From positions 1 through 30,544 of IMG/VR virus record IMGVR_UViG_3300032254_000261: a DNA stretch of 30,544 nucleotides. One strand, given 5' to 3'. The notes beneath the pieces were generated by a model. That model was not told the origin of the DNA, searched no databases, and saw only the letters and a program-made list of their open reading frames with translations. The position numbers and the translations under genes were made by a program. Below, piece by piece: positions 1 to 8,112 of the stretch; position 1 is the first letter of the stretch, and each line of letters starts with the position of its first letter. The stretch is from a virus (taxonomy: Duplodnaviria > Caudoviricetes).

Positions 1-1032
1 TTATGAGCTGGTTTTTTTGTTTCTGCGTTTCCTGTTTTTCGACTGTACCAGATTTGTACCAGAATTTCGGGCGTAGTCTGCTAAATGTTGTGCCGACAGG
101 TGAGCATAGCGCCTGACCATCTCGTAAGACTCCCACCCACCTAACTCTTGCAGTACATGCAGCGGTGTACCGTTCTGCACATGCCACGATGCCCACGTAT
201 GGCGCAAGTCATGCCATCGGAAGTCTTCAATCTTAGCGCGTGCCAGGCCAGCTCTCCATGCCTTGGTGCCAGCTTTCAATATCGGCTTATCTCTATACGT
301 AAATACCCAGGTGTTATTTTTTCCAATTTGGCGTTTCAGGATTTCAATGGATTCTGGCGTGAGTGGAACAGGAAATGCCTTACCGCCTTTTGCTTCGTCA
401 TGGTGTATCCAAAGCGATTGCTTTTGCATATTAATATCAGCCCACTTTAAGCCGGTAACGTTGGATTCTCTTAGCCCGGTGCAAAGTGTGAACTGCGCCA
501 TGTCTTTTATGTGATCAGGAAGGGTGCCAAGTAAGGTGTCAGCCTCATCATGAGTCAGCCATCGGATGCGCCTTTTAGGTTCGGCAAGTAGTCGTATCTT
601 GGGAGCTTTGTCAAGCCATTCCCATTCCTGTTCTGCTCGGTTAAGTACGGCTCGAACAACTTCAAGTGTGCGATTGATAGTGGCGTTTTTAACTTTCGCC
701 TGACGATCTTTGATGAAGCTGTCGATTATTTCTCGGGTGATGTCGTGAAGATTCACGCCCAAGAGGTAAGTCTCTATGATTCTGAAATGTGAGCGGTCGT
801 TATAGAGTGTTTTTTTGTCGGCTTGTTCTTTGATCCAGCGGACAACGGCTTGCTCCCACTTAATAGTAGGCGTGCTGCCGACCTGATGAACACGCCAATA
901 TTCGGTCTTTAGTTTGTCGTGGTATTCTTGCGCAGCGGAACGATTCGTTGTCCGACAAGACGTCTGTATTCGTCGTCCATTGGGGGCGGTAAATCGCGCC
1001 CACCATGTTTCACCGCGCTTATAGAGTGACAT
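1..1032 (-). CDS. int: Tyrosine integrase, P22 Int-like
   Basis: N-terminus MSLYKRGETWWARFT resembles P22 Int; catalytic motifs TGLRESN, HDLRHTWASW, LGGW, RRYAH. Confidence 0.96.
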   Translation of the reverse strand: MSLYKRGETWWARFTAPNGRRIQTSCRTTNRSAAQEYHDKLKTEYWRVHQVGSTPTIKWEQAVVRWIKEQADKKTLYNDRSHFRIIETYLLGVNLHDITREIIDSFIKDRQAKVKNATINRTLEVVRAVLNRAEQEWEWLDKAPKIRLLAEPKRRIRWLTHDEADTLLGTLPDHIKDMAQFTLCTGLRESNVTGLKWADINMQKQSLWIHHDEAKGGKAFPVPLTPESIEILKRQIGKNNTWVFTYRDKPILKAGTKAWRAGLARAKIEDFRWHDLRHTWASWHVQNGTPLHVLQELGGWESYEMVRRYAHLSAQHLADYARNSGTNLVQSKNRKRRNKKTSS

Positions 1033-1205
1033 TCGATTGGCCTTTGATATAAAGATCGGACGTAAGAGATTAAATCATCTTCCAGAAAGCACCAACATTT
1101 CCCAGGTTTTGCCCCCACAATTATACCCGCCGCCGCTTTCTTTCTTAGCGTGTTTGGCTGCATTTTCAGAAAGTTAGCGGCTTCATGTAGGTCTAAGGTT
1201 TTCAT
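909..1205 (-). CDS. xis: Excisionase-like HTH protein
   Basis: LDLHEAANFL...TLRKKAAAGII.GAKPGKCWCF is a MerR/HTH_17-type pattern; lies directly upstream of and overlaps int. Confidence 0.8.
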   Translation of the reverse strand: MKTLDLHEAANFLKMQPNTLRKKAAAGIIVGAKPGKCWCFLEDDLISYVRSLYQRPIECHSISAVKHGGRDLPPPMDDEYRRLVGQRIVPLRKNTTTN

Positions 1206-1208
1206 TTC

Positions 1209-1856
1209 TTATGCAGCTTCCTCATTCAGCGCTGCGTCCACGTTGGCCTTGATGACATCGAATGAAGCTGCCCATATATAGGGGTTGTCATCCCAGCTCG
1301 AATAAATGTGATTCCATACTCCAGCAAATCCTGTCCGGTAGCTGCCTTCATTTTTTAGCTGGTAAAATTTTCTATCTTCATCCATTGCCAACTTTGGAAC
1401 GCCTTCCGATTTAGCATCTTCCTCAGTAATATCCTGCACCCGCTCAACACGAACATCGCTGATCTTCAGGGTGAGGCGTGATACCCAACGTGGCATGTGG
1501 ATTGATGGTTTATATTTAGGCTCTTTTATATAGCCAGCGTTACGCGCACCATGGCCACTATGATCGTCAGCCTTGTAAGCGATATCATCCCCCCAGTCAG
1601 AGCAGAATGCTTCACGCACCCAAAGCATGTCGCCTGGCTTGCCGAGAGGGCATTTGATGGTATCAAGCAGCCCATAATCACGTGCGTCATTGCTATCGCC
1701 ACCAATAACAGCCCAGTTTTGTGCAAGAGAGTCGAAAATAACCTTGTCACATTGAGGGTCTGGCTGTGGGTTTATCGGCCTACGTGTCTGGCCTTTCCGC
1801 CCGTCAAGCAAAGCCCTGACCATATCTGAGTTGAATAGAATTGGTTTTGTTTTCAT
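1209..1856 (-). CDS. Phage ASCH/PUA-like protein
   Basis: PILFNSDMVRALLDGRKGQTRR, CPLGKPGDMLWVRE, PSIHMPRWVSRLTL, VERVQDITEEDAKSEG motifs; start trimmed to MKTKPIL. Confidence 0.8.
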   Translation of the reverse strand: MKTKPILFNSDMVRALLDGRKGQTRRPINPQPDPQCDKVIFDSLAQNWAVIGGDSNDARDYGLLDTIKCPLGKPGDMLWVREAFCSDWGDDIAYKADDHSGHGARNAGYIKEPKYKPSIHMPRWVSRLTLKISDVRVERVQDITEEDAKSEGVPKLAMDEDRKFYQLKNEGSYRTGFAGVWNHIYSSWDDNPYIWAASFDVIKANVDAALNEEAA

Positions 1857-1863
1857 AATAAGC

Positions 1864-2055
1864 TCAATGCTCCTTATCATTCATCCACATAATCCAAACA
1901 AGAGGTCCAGACAAAAGCAGAAAAATACCAGCGATAAATTTATTGAACGTGTATCTATCGACAGAAGCTAGAAGGAAGATGCCTGCAAAGCTCCAAATAG
2001 AGAGGCCCAATATAAAGAAAAGTGAATAAACAATTATTTCTAAAATCATTATCAA
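1864..2055 (-). CDS. Small two-TM membrane protein
   Basis: Two hydrophobic stretches; packed in the early-left operon. Confidence 0.55.
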   Translation of the reverse strand: MIMILEIIVYSLFFILGLSIWSFAGIFLLASVDRYTFNKFIAGIFLLLSGPLVWIMWMNDKEH

Positions 2056-2411
2056 TACCCAAGCCTTGATCTTAAATCTTGCAAAACCATTTGCATTGCT
2101 GGCTGCATCATTCCGGCAAAAATAATACCGCCACTGTCTGCTAGCAATTTAGTCAGCGCCTTATTTATGTATTCGTTGGTAAGCTCGTTATATTCATCTG
2201 TTATTAGAAGGGCGGAAACTTCTTTTTTAGCTCTTTCCTTGTACGCCTCTGTCAATAACTCTTTAATTATTTTTGGTGCAACAACCAGCTTGAAATTATG
2301 TATTTCCTTATCCACAATTTCTTGCCATTGATCTTCAGGGATCAAAGAAACAAGGTCTTTACCTATGCGTTCTGCTATACGTTCATTTAGTGTTTGTAAT
2401 TCGTTTGTCAT
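2052..2411 (-). CDS. Hypothetical phage protein
   Basis: Operon-packed ORF; likely start MTNELQ at 2411. Confidence 0.65.
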   Translation of the reverse strand: MTNELQTLNERIAERIGKDLVSLIPEDQWQEIVDKEIHNFKLVVAPKIIKELLTEAYKERAKKEVSALLITDEYNELTNEYINKALTKLLADSGGIIFAGMMQPAMQMVLQDLRSRLGY

Positions 2412-2413
2412 TT

Positions 2414-2626
2414 TTATTCCCCCACCCACTTACGCCAGGGATGATTGCCTTTTTTGTGACGCCGGTTTCCAATATTCGCGTTATGCGGTACGAGTTTGCG
2501 AATTAATTGCTTTCCCGTTTTACCGCGTTGTTTCCGTGAACGAATGGCTGCCTCAGGTATGCCGCTGATTTCAGATAGTTCGCGGACTGGCATATCGTTG
2601 CATTGTTTGTCTGTCAGGTTTTTCAT
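2414..2626 (-). CDS. Small basic HTH-like protein
   Basis: VRELSEISGIPEAAIRSRKQRG is helix-turn-helix-like; 2-bp gaps to both neighbours. Confidence 0.55.
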   Translation of the reverse strand: MKNLTDKQCNDMPVRELSEISGIPEAAIRSRKQRGKTGKQLIRKLVPHNANIGNRRHKKGNHPWRKWVGE

Positions 2627-2628
2627 TT

Positions 2629-3099
2629 TTATGCAGCCTTTCTTTTTTCAGCATTAATTTCTTTATGTCTTGCCATGTGGTGATTTTTGCATAACCACAT
2701 AACATCGAACGGCTTCGAGTAATCTTCGTGATGTGCTTCTGCTTTTTTATCGCCGCATCGCTCGCATGGAAGGCGCTTTAATTTTCCGTCGCGAATAGCA
2801 TTACTAACCTCTCTGTTAGCAAAAACCCTTTGCTTGTTTCTTTCAAACCAGTTTTTTCGACTATTACGTCTAGCCTTTTGCCATAAAGGGTCGTGGCGTT
2901 TTTTTTCAAAATAATCCTTTCTTGCTTGAACCCTGTCTGGATTATCCCCACGCTTCCTATCGAACTCTTTATAGTATTCAGCTTTTGCTTCGCGGTTATT
3001 TTTTACACGTTCTTTCCAGTGGGTTTTGCAATACGTGCTTATTGACTCGTAAAACTCAGCCTCATCACTAGATTTTCCGCACTTCTTGCAGGTAGGCAT
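2629..3099 (-). CDS. HNH-like zinc-binding phage protein
   Basis: N-terminal CKKC...C; C-terminal CERCG...AEAHHEDYSKPFDVMWLCKNHHMARH. Confidence 0.7.
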   Translation of the reverse strand: MPTCKKCGKSSDEAEFYESISTYCKTHWKERVKNNREAKAEYYKEFDRKRGDNPDRVQARKDYFEKKRHDPLWQKARRNSRKNWFERNKQRVFANREVSNAIRDGKLKRLPCERCGDKKAEAHHEDYSKPFDVMWLCKNHHMARHKEINAEKRKAA

Positions 3100-3107
3100 G
3101 GCGATTC

Positions 3108-3542
3108 CTAAAAAGGGATATCTTCAAAGTCATCAACATGTGCTTGCTGTACAGGCTGTGCAGTTCTAGTCTGGGCAGTGTTGTTATGTTGCGTAGCCTG
3201 GCTGTCACTCTTGCTGCCCAGCATCTGCATACGATCAACAATCACCTTTGTTGAATACCGCATTACATTGTCTTTCTCGTACTTGTCCGTTTTCATGCGC
3301 CCAGACACATATATTTGAGAGCCTTTTGTAAGGTATTTTTCGCAGATTTCAGCAAGCTTTCCGAAAGCGGTCAAATTAACCCACTCGGTATCTTCGCGTT
3401 TTTCACCTGATTGTTTATCGCGCCACTGGCTGCCTACTGCGATTGAAAACGAAGCGACTGCGCCACCAGACGGCATATAGCGAATAGATGGATCAGATCC
3501 AAGTCGCCCTATAAACTGGCAGTTATTTAAATCATTTGACAT
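3108..3542 (-). CDS. ssb: Single-stranded DNA-binding protein
   Basis: GRLGSDP.IRY, GKLAEICEKYL.KGSQIYVSG OB-fold motifs; acidic C-terminal tip DDFEDIPF. Confidence 0.96.
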   Translation of the reverse strand: MSNDLNNCQFIGRLGSDPSIRYMPSGGAVASFSIAVGSQWRDKQSGEKREDTEWVNLTAFGKLAEICEKYLTKGSQIYVSGRMKTDKYEKDNVMRYSTKVIVDRMQMLGSKSDSQATQHNNTAQTRTAQPVQQAHVDDFEDIPF

Positions 3543-3543
3543 A

Positions 3544-4149
3544 TTAATACCTCTTATTTATTACTTTGCTTATCGTGTTTATACATACGTTATATTCCTT
3601 AGCAACATCACTAAGAGCCAATCCTTCCCCCTTTCCATTTTTTGCTTTGAATTTTATTTCTAGTATTTTATTTACATCAGAATTACTTAACGATTTATCA
3701 TGAGAAAGATTTTCAAGGCTAATCTTGCTTAGCCTTCCTTTGTTCGAGCAATCTTGCATATTGTCTTTCTGAGTTCCTGAAAATAGGTGGCTTGGATTAA
3801 CGCATGCAGGGGTATCGCATTTATGGCAGATTACATTTCCCTTTAAGATAGGTCCGTATCTCATTTCCCATGAAATTCTATGCGCCTTAAAAGGGGTTAT
3901 TCCTACCCCAGCGCTAATCTTCCCATACCCATGATTATCTTTGGTTCCCGTCCACATCCAGCATCCAGACTCAATGCTTTTATCCACATATTCCCAAAAC
4001 CTAATATGCACTGGAGTTATAGCTCTCGATTTGTTGTTGCATGATATGGAGCAGAACAATCTAGACGCCCATTGTTTTCTCGAATCCCTGTCTCGCTTAT
4101 AGAATTTCCTGCCGCAGCATTCGCAATGCTTTAATAATTGATTATTCAT
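3544..4149 (-). CDS. HNH homing-endonuclease-like protein
   Basis: GCWMWTG...GYG...AHRISWE...CHKCDTPACVNPSHL.SGTQKDN; N-terminal CECC/FCSISC zinc motif; AT-rich. Confidence 0.88.
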   Translation of the reverse strand: MNNQLLKHCECCGRKFYKRDRDSRKQWASRLFCSISCNNKSRAITPVHIRFWEYVDKSIESGCWMWTGTKDNHGYGKISAGVGITPFKAHRISWEMRYGPILKGNVICHKCDTPACVNPSHLFSGTQKDNMQDCSNKGRLSKISLENLSHDKSLSNSDVNKILEIKFKAKNGKGEGLALSDVAKEYNVCINTISKVINKRY

Positions 4150-4161
4150 GGCAAATTTTTA

Positions 4162-5826
4162 CTACGCTGCTGCCTGTTTTGATGTTGTGTAGTGAGCCTG
4201 TACGCCTGGTATCTGTCCTTTTTCGATGGCTTTGAGTATTGCTTCAGCCTTCTTTTCAGACATTGGCGCGCCGATTTCCCTGATGGCGTTGATTGCGTCG
4301 TCTTTGTAAAGCGTCGGGGGAATGTCTTCCCGTCGTTCAATGGCATTTCTTGATGGTTGTTCTGCTGGCCCGGGATGGCCCAGCGTTCGCGATGGATTAA
4401 CAGGCGCGCGGTACTGCTGCTTCTCTACCTGTTCATGATTAGCCTGCGCTCCATTCTCGGTCTTTTTATCTGCTTCCGCTTGAAGCTTGGCCGACTCTTC
4501 CTGCCTGATTTGTTCCCGATGAATTTCAAGTTTTTCTGCTTCAGCTTTTTTATGATCTTCGATACGAGCTTTTATCAGCAAAACAAGATCTTCATTATCC
4601 TTGTGGATGATGTCTTTGAAGTCATGGAGTAAGAATTTGTAATCTACTGCCAGCTCCTTGAGGGTGAGAATATTCTTTCGCAGCTTGCCTGCTGTAGCAT
4701 CGACTGCAATCTTGCCGTTAGCTAATTCTCCATTAATAGCGCTCCGCAGTGATGCGATGGTGCGCTTGTTCTTTGCCGCAGAGTGGAAGTCTGCACGATA
4801 GCTGATGTAATCGCCGCCAAGCTCTGTATTGAGGTCGCGGATATGTAAATCCAGCGCGTTACTTGCCTCATTGAGAATCTCAGCTTTAACCGTCGCTTTC
4901 TGCGCTGTGACAAGCTTTTCAAGTGATAGCCGCTTGGTTCTCAATTCTTCGCGCAGTCGATCCATCGTATTGAATAGCATTTCAATATCTGTGGTCTGCG
5001 CAATGGCTTGCTGCTTAACAAGGTCGAGCTGCTTTTCTGCCTTGCCGCAAAATTTCACCGTTTCCTCTGCGTTGGCAAAGTCTTCATCAGTCTTCAGGTC
5101 GGTGTTAATGTTTCGGATAAAATCAAGTGCGCTTGATTCATACACTGCAAGGTTCGAGTTTTTTACGCCACCATGAACTTCGATGAGCAGGGAAGGTAGC
5201 TCAATGATAGCTGTTGCTGCTGGCTTTACTTCTTCTGGCTGGTGTTCGTATGCAGCCAAGTCTTTTTTAAATTGCGCCCATCCCGCCAAAATCTTAGCGC
5301 GCAGAACAGGGTCAGATTCATACCAGCAATGAACCATTGTTTCTTTATTGCCGTTCGAGGCCATGAATAAACATTTCTCAGCGCCAGATATTATTAACTG
5401 CTGTTCCATTTGCGCGGCATACATTGGGCCAACATATCCATTAGGAATATCTCTGGCTAATGATTCATTAAGCGTTTTGTGCTCCCATATTTTATCTTCA
5501 AACATGGTGACGCCATCGAATGATGACGATAATTTCATGCCGTCAATTTCGGCTGATATTGTTGGACTAAAAAGCTCTTCTTCAATTATTTCTTCAGCCC
5601 ACGGCCTAGCCATCGCTTCAAACTTATGACCGTCATCGAATACTTTTTGTAAGGTAGGCGATACTTCATCTGTCTCGCTTATGGTCATGTCATGAAGCAG
5701 CTTGTCGCGTGATTTGTATTTGCTGACGCCAAGCATTGCTGGCGCATCGGATGCGTTAAAGTGATGGCTGCGATGGATGTGCCATTCAGGACTGCCCTGG
5801 ACCAATTCATGATATTGTTTATCCAT
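4162..5826 (-). CDS. YqaJ-family (lambda-exonuclease-like) nuclease with long helical C-terminus
   Basis: QGSPEWH..R, NASDAPAMLG, GHKFE, SSSFDG, WEHK, QMEQQ motifs; start trimmed to MDKQY at 5826. Confidence 0.9.
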   Translation of the reverse strand: MDKQYHELVQGSPEWHIHRSHHFNASDAPAMLGVSKYKSRDKLLHDMTISETDEVSPTLQKVFDDGHKFEAMARPWAEEIIEEELFSPTISAEIDGMKLSSSFDGVTMFEDKIWEHKTLNESLARDIPNGYVGPMYAAQMEQQLIISGAEKCLFMASNGNKETMVHCWYESDPVLRAKILAGWAQFKKDLAAYEHQPEEVKPAATAIIELPSLLIEVHGGVKNSNLAVYESSALDFIRNINTDLKTDEDFANAEETVKFCGKAEKQLDLVKQQAIAQTTDIEMLFNTMDRLREELRTKRLSLEKLVTAQKATVKAEILNEASNALDLHIRDLNTELGGDYISYRADFHSAAKNKRTIASLRSAINGELANGKIAVDATAGKLRKNILTLKELAVDYKFLLHDFKDIIHKDNEDLVLLIKARIEDHKKAEAEKLEIHREQIRQEESAKLQAEADKKTENGAQANHEQVEKQQYRAPVNPSRTLGHPGPAEQPSRNAIERREDIPPTLYKDDAINAIREIGAPMSEKKAEAILKAIEKGQIPGVQAHYTTSKQAAA

Positions 5827-6628
5827 TATTCCCACCTTTGATAATTGATTTCTGTTCGTTTGAAAGCGTATAGCGGCTTTCAACCATCGTTATTATTTGC
5901 TCGGGCGTTTTCTTTCCTGAGCCGATAAAGCCTTGCCAAGCAGGAAGGTTCTTGTTGAATTGCTCTTGTGGGTAGAGCGGCAAAACAGTTACTTCGGGCT
6001 CTGCGTTATTTGCAGCGCCTTCGTTCATAGACGAGCGATACTCTTCTGGTAAATCCTCGATGTCTTGAGTAAATATATCGCTGGCGGCGGTAGCTGTTAG
6101 GACGGCATCGACCAGTGCGCGTTTTTTGGCCATCTTCAAAATAGTGTTAGCCATATCAGATATATTTGTTCTTACCTGAAGCACCTTGTAGTCAGGCGCG
6201 TTATTCCATCCTTTTTTCCATACTCCTCGGCGTTTATTTTCAGGCGTTTCATCATATTCAGCCTGGCAAACCATTTTCCGCCATTTATATTTTTCTTCGT
6301 TTGATGAGCACTCGCCTATTCCAGCTCCAAGAAAAACTCCGCTAGCCGACAAGATCTTCACTTTAATCCTGTATGCCACGCTATCATTGGTAGATATGTC
6401 ATCAACGTAAGGGTCAGCGGAAAGCCTAAACGTTGCCATGATTTTTTCTGCACCAGGCTTTAACAATGTAGGGTTGTTGCCACAGCCAGGAATTTTTCCG
6501 TAATGAGTTTTATCTTTCATTACCTGCTTCATGACTTCTTGAATAAGGTTGACTTGCGCCTGTATATCTAGTGCAGACATAGGCGACATTTCAGTTGATT
6601 GATTAATCGTCCGCAATGTTTGGTTCAT
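5819..6628 (-). CDS. Putative single-strand annealing (recombination) protein
   Basis: HYGKIPG..PTLLKPGAEK and NTILKMAKKRALVDA...DIFTQDIED motifs; adjacent to exonuclease and SSB. Function inferred from context. Confidence 0.65.
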   Translation of the reverse strand: MNQTLRTINQSTEMSPMSALDIQAQVNLIQEVMKQVMKDKTHYGKIPGCGNNPTLLKPGAEKIMATFRLSADPYVDDISTNDSVAYRIKVKILSASGVFLGAGIGECSSNEEKYKWRKMVCQAEYDETPENKRRGVWKKGWNNAPDYKVLQVRTNISDMANTILKMAKKRALVDAVLTATAASDIFTQDIEDLPEEYRSSMNEGAANNAEPEVTVLPLYPQEQFNKNLPAWQGFIGSGKKTPEQIITMVESRYTLSNEQKSIIKGGNNG

Positions 6629-6876
6629 TACTTCACTCCAAAAGCTTCTTTCAGGCTTCTAACGTGCTGCGCCTGTACCAATGATTCGATAATTCTGCCT
6701 AAACTCGCAGAATCCTCTTTGTTTATAGCGTCTACGCATATCTCGGCGCTGTTACCAGTCAATACAATCTCGGTCATCGCCTCAATGTAATCGCCCTCTG
6801 ACAACGGCTTGGTGACGGCTTCTTCAAACTCGTCGATGCGGCTTGCTATTTCTATTTCGGCTGCGCACAGACTCAT
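6628..6876 (-). CDS. Hypothetical acidic protein
   Basis: Start MSLCAAE at 6876 forms an ATGA overlap with the upstream small ORF. Confidence 0.6.
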   Translation of the reverse strand: MSLCAAEIEIASRIDEFEEAVTKPLSEGDYIEAMTEIVLTGNSAEICVDAINKEDSASLGRIIESLVQAQHVRSLKEAFGVK

Positions 6877-7022
6877 TGCGCCCACCATGCCCACGCCGCC
6901 ATGTGTAATGCTAGGTAAGTAATAAGGAACCAAAAAACCAATGTTGGGCCGCCTTTTTTATTGCCAGCACTGCGGATCATTTCGTTTTTTTCGTGCTGCC
7001 ATTCAGATTGATATGTATTCAT
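6873..7022 (-). CDS. 49-aa protein with C-terminal TM helix (not in ORF track)
   Basis: GGAGG SD then MNTYQSEWQHEKNEMIRSAGNKKGGPTLVFWFLITYLALHMAAWAWWAQ*; ATGA-coupled to next gene. Confidence 0.65.
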   Translation of the reverse strand: MNTYQSEWQHEKNEMIRSAGNKKGGPTLVFWFLITYLALHMAAWAWWAQ

Positions 7023-7030
7023 GTTGCCTC

Positions 7031-7168
7031 CTATGCCACTTCAGGTGGCGGCTCATCAGGGTTTACTAAAAATTCTTCGATAGGCGCTCTGGCAATATCA
7101 ATTAAAGCCTTTGTTAGTTCGTCAGGCTCTGGTTTAAATAGGTCTGCTGCTTGTATTACTTGTCCCAT
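7031..7168 (-). CDS. 45-aa acidic protein, first gene of the pL operon (not in ORF track)
   Basis: AAGGAG SD; MGQVIQAADLFKPEPDELTKALIDIARAPIEEFLVNPDEPPPEVA*. Confidence 0.65.
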   Translation of the reverse strand: MGQVIQAADLFKPEPDELTKALIDIARAPIEEFLVNPDEPPPEVA

Positions 7169-7185
7169 AACGTTTCTCCTTCGTT

Positions 7186-7304
7186 ATCAACCCGCCGCAA
7201 ACCGCCTTATGGCGTAATCTTTGGCTTCACAGCGCCGAATGGGTCAATTCGTTATCCGATTCCATTGGCCTAGCTCGGAAGGTCGGATGCTTGTGAGTGT
7301 TGAT
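7186..7304 (-). other. Predicted structured 5' leader RNA of the pL transcript
   Basis: Closing pair 7186-7191/7299-7304 and four internal hairpins found by eye. Confidence 0.5.
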
Positions 7305-7310
7305 GGGGGA

Positions 7311-7339
7311 ACATTAGCACCAAGCTAAACACAAGTCAA
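7311..7339 (-). promoter_or_regulatory. pL promoter
   Basis: TTGACT (7339-7334), 17 bp, TAATGT (7316-7311); overlapped by operators. Confidence 0.8.
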
Positions 7340-7375
7340 TAGCACAGTGCTATATATTCTAGCAAATAACTGCTA
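7315..7375. promoter_or_regulatory. OL operators (consensus TAGCA-N3-WGCTA)
   Basis: TAGCACCAAGCTA 7315-7327, TAGCACAGTGCTA 7340-7352, degenerate third site from 7360; same motif between cI and cro. Confidence 0.8.
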
Positions 7376-7546
7376 AGCTATTTTTGTCTGAGTGATATTG
7401 CAGGAGTGGGATACGCTGGTAGCGGCGGCTATTGGTACTGCAATTGATCGCAGCAGCGCTAATGGCGGGCCTGTTTTCTATTTTAAGAAGCAGGCTTAGC
7501 CATTTTAATTAGAGGTGATTATGAAAGAAGAAGATGAGGGATTTTA

Positions 7547-7817
7547 AAGAAAGCAAAGATGGTGGCACCTGCCCAACTTCAGCAACGCCTATTTACACTT
7601 AGGCAGTGGCTTGGGCTTGGATCGTTTGTGCGCTGGCACAGTGACGGTCTTTGGCCCAGTTTTGCCCTTTGTGCGAACAGGACGGCACTTGGTTTTAGTC
7701 GCCATATTTATCTCACCTCCTTTCGGCAGCTGCTTGCCTACCGCCAAGTATCAGTAGTTGGGCAGTATGAAAGGGGTGTGATGACAAAAAGGCAGGTGCC
7801 ACCATCTTTGCTTTCTT
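7547..7817. repeat. Perfect 27-bp inverted repeat (arms 7547-7573 and 7791-7817)
   Basis: AAGAAAGCAAAGATGGTGGCACCTGCC ... GGCAGGTGCCACCATCTTTGCTTTCTT. Confidence 0.97.
7589..7705 (-). CDS. 38-aa Lys/Pro-rich peptide inside the inverted repeat (not in ORF track)
   Basis: Very strong SD AAAGGAGGTGA; MATKTKCRPVRTKGKTGPKTVTVPAHKRSKPKPLPKCK*. Confidence 0.75.
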   Translation of the reverse strand: MATKTKCRPVRTKGKTGPKTVTVPAHKRSKPKPLPKCK

Positions 7818-7849
7818 ATATAAGCCCGTGTGATTTTAACACAGGCAAT

Positions 7850-7873
7850 AAAAAACCCGCTCAGAGGCGGGTT
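7850..7873 (-). terminator. Intrinsic terminator of the cI operon
   Basis: AACCCGC/GCGGGTT stem followed by a T-run on the minus strand. Confidence 0.75.
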
Positions 7874-7911
7874 GAATTATGGGGAAAGGTTTTAAGTTTA
7901 ATTATGCGCTG

Positions 7912-8112
7912 CTAAGCGCATTTAACGATTTTAATTTTGCCGTTAACTACACCGACACACTCTTTTTCGTGTGTAGAGCCAAATTTGTGTAGCTTTTCTG
8001 GCTCCTCGCGATCAGAAACCTTACCAGACCTATTGTGAGAATAAGGATCTTTGGGAGCATCCCTGTCATTGTCTGATTTAACAAAACCACTGCGGAATGA
8101 GTTGTTAATCAT
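7912..8112 (-). CDS. 66-aa hydrophilic protein coupled to the Ntn hydrolase gene
   Basis: ATG at 8112 overlaps the upstream gene end by 8 nt; ORF ends just before the terminator. Confidence 0.55.
   Translation of the reverse strand: MINNSFRSGFVKSDNDRDAPKDPYSHNRSGKVSDREEPEKLHKFGSTHEKECVGVVNGKIKIVKCA

Noticed and set aside
1-60. Attachment site
   Set aside because: Expected near or past the int 3' end; no partner repeat available in the window.
7186-7304. tRNA
   Set aside because: No T-loop GTTCRA, D-loop or CCA end; size and arm count do not fit.
7547-7817. Retron msr-msd (a1/a2 arms) or IS element
   Set aside because: No reverse transcriptase or transposase in the window and no clear target-site duplication.
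7559-7915. 118-aa plus-strand ORF
   Set aside because: No clear SD, runs through the IR and terminator, and is antisense to a peptide ORF with a much stronger SD.
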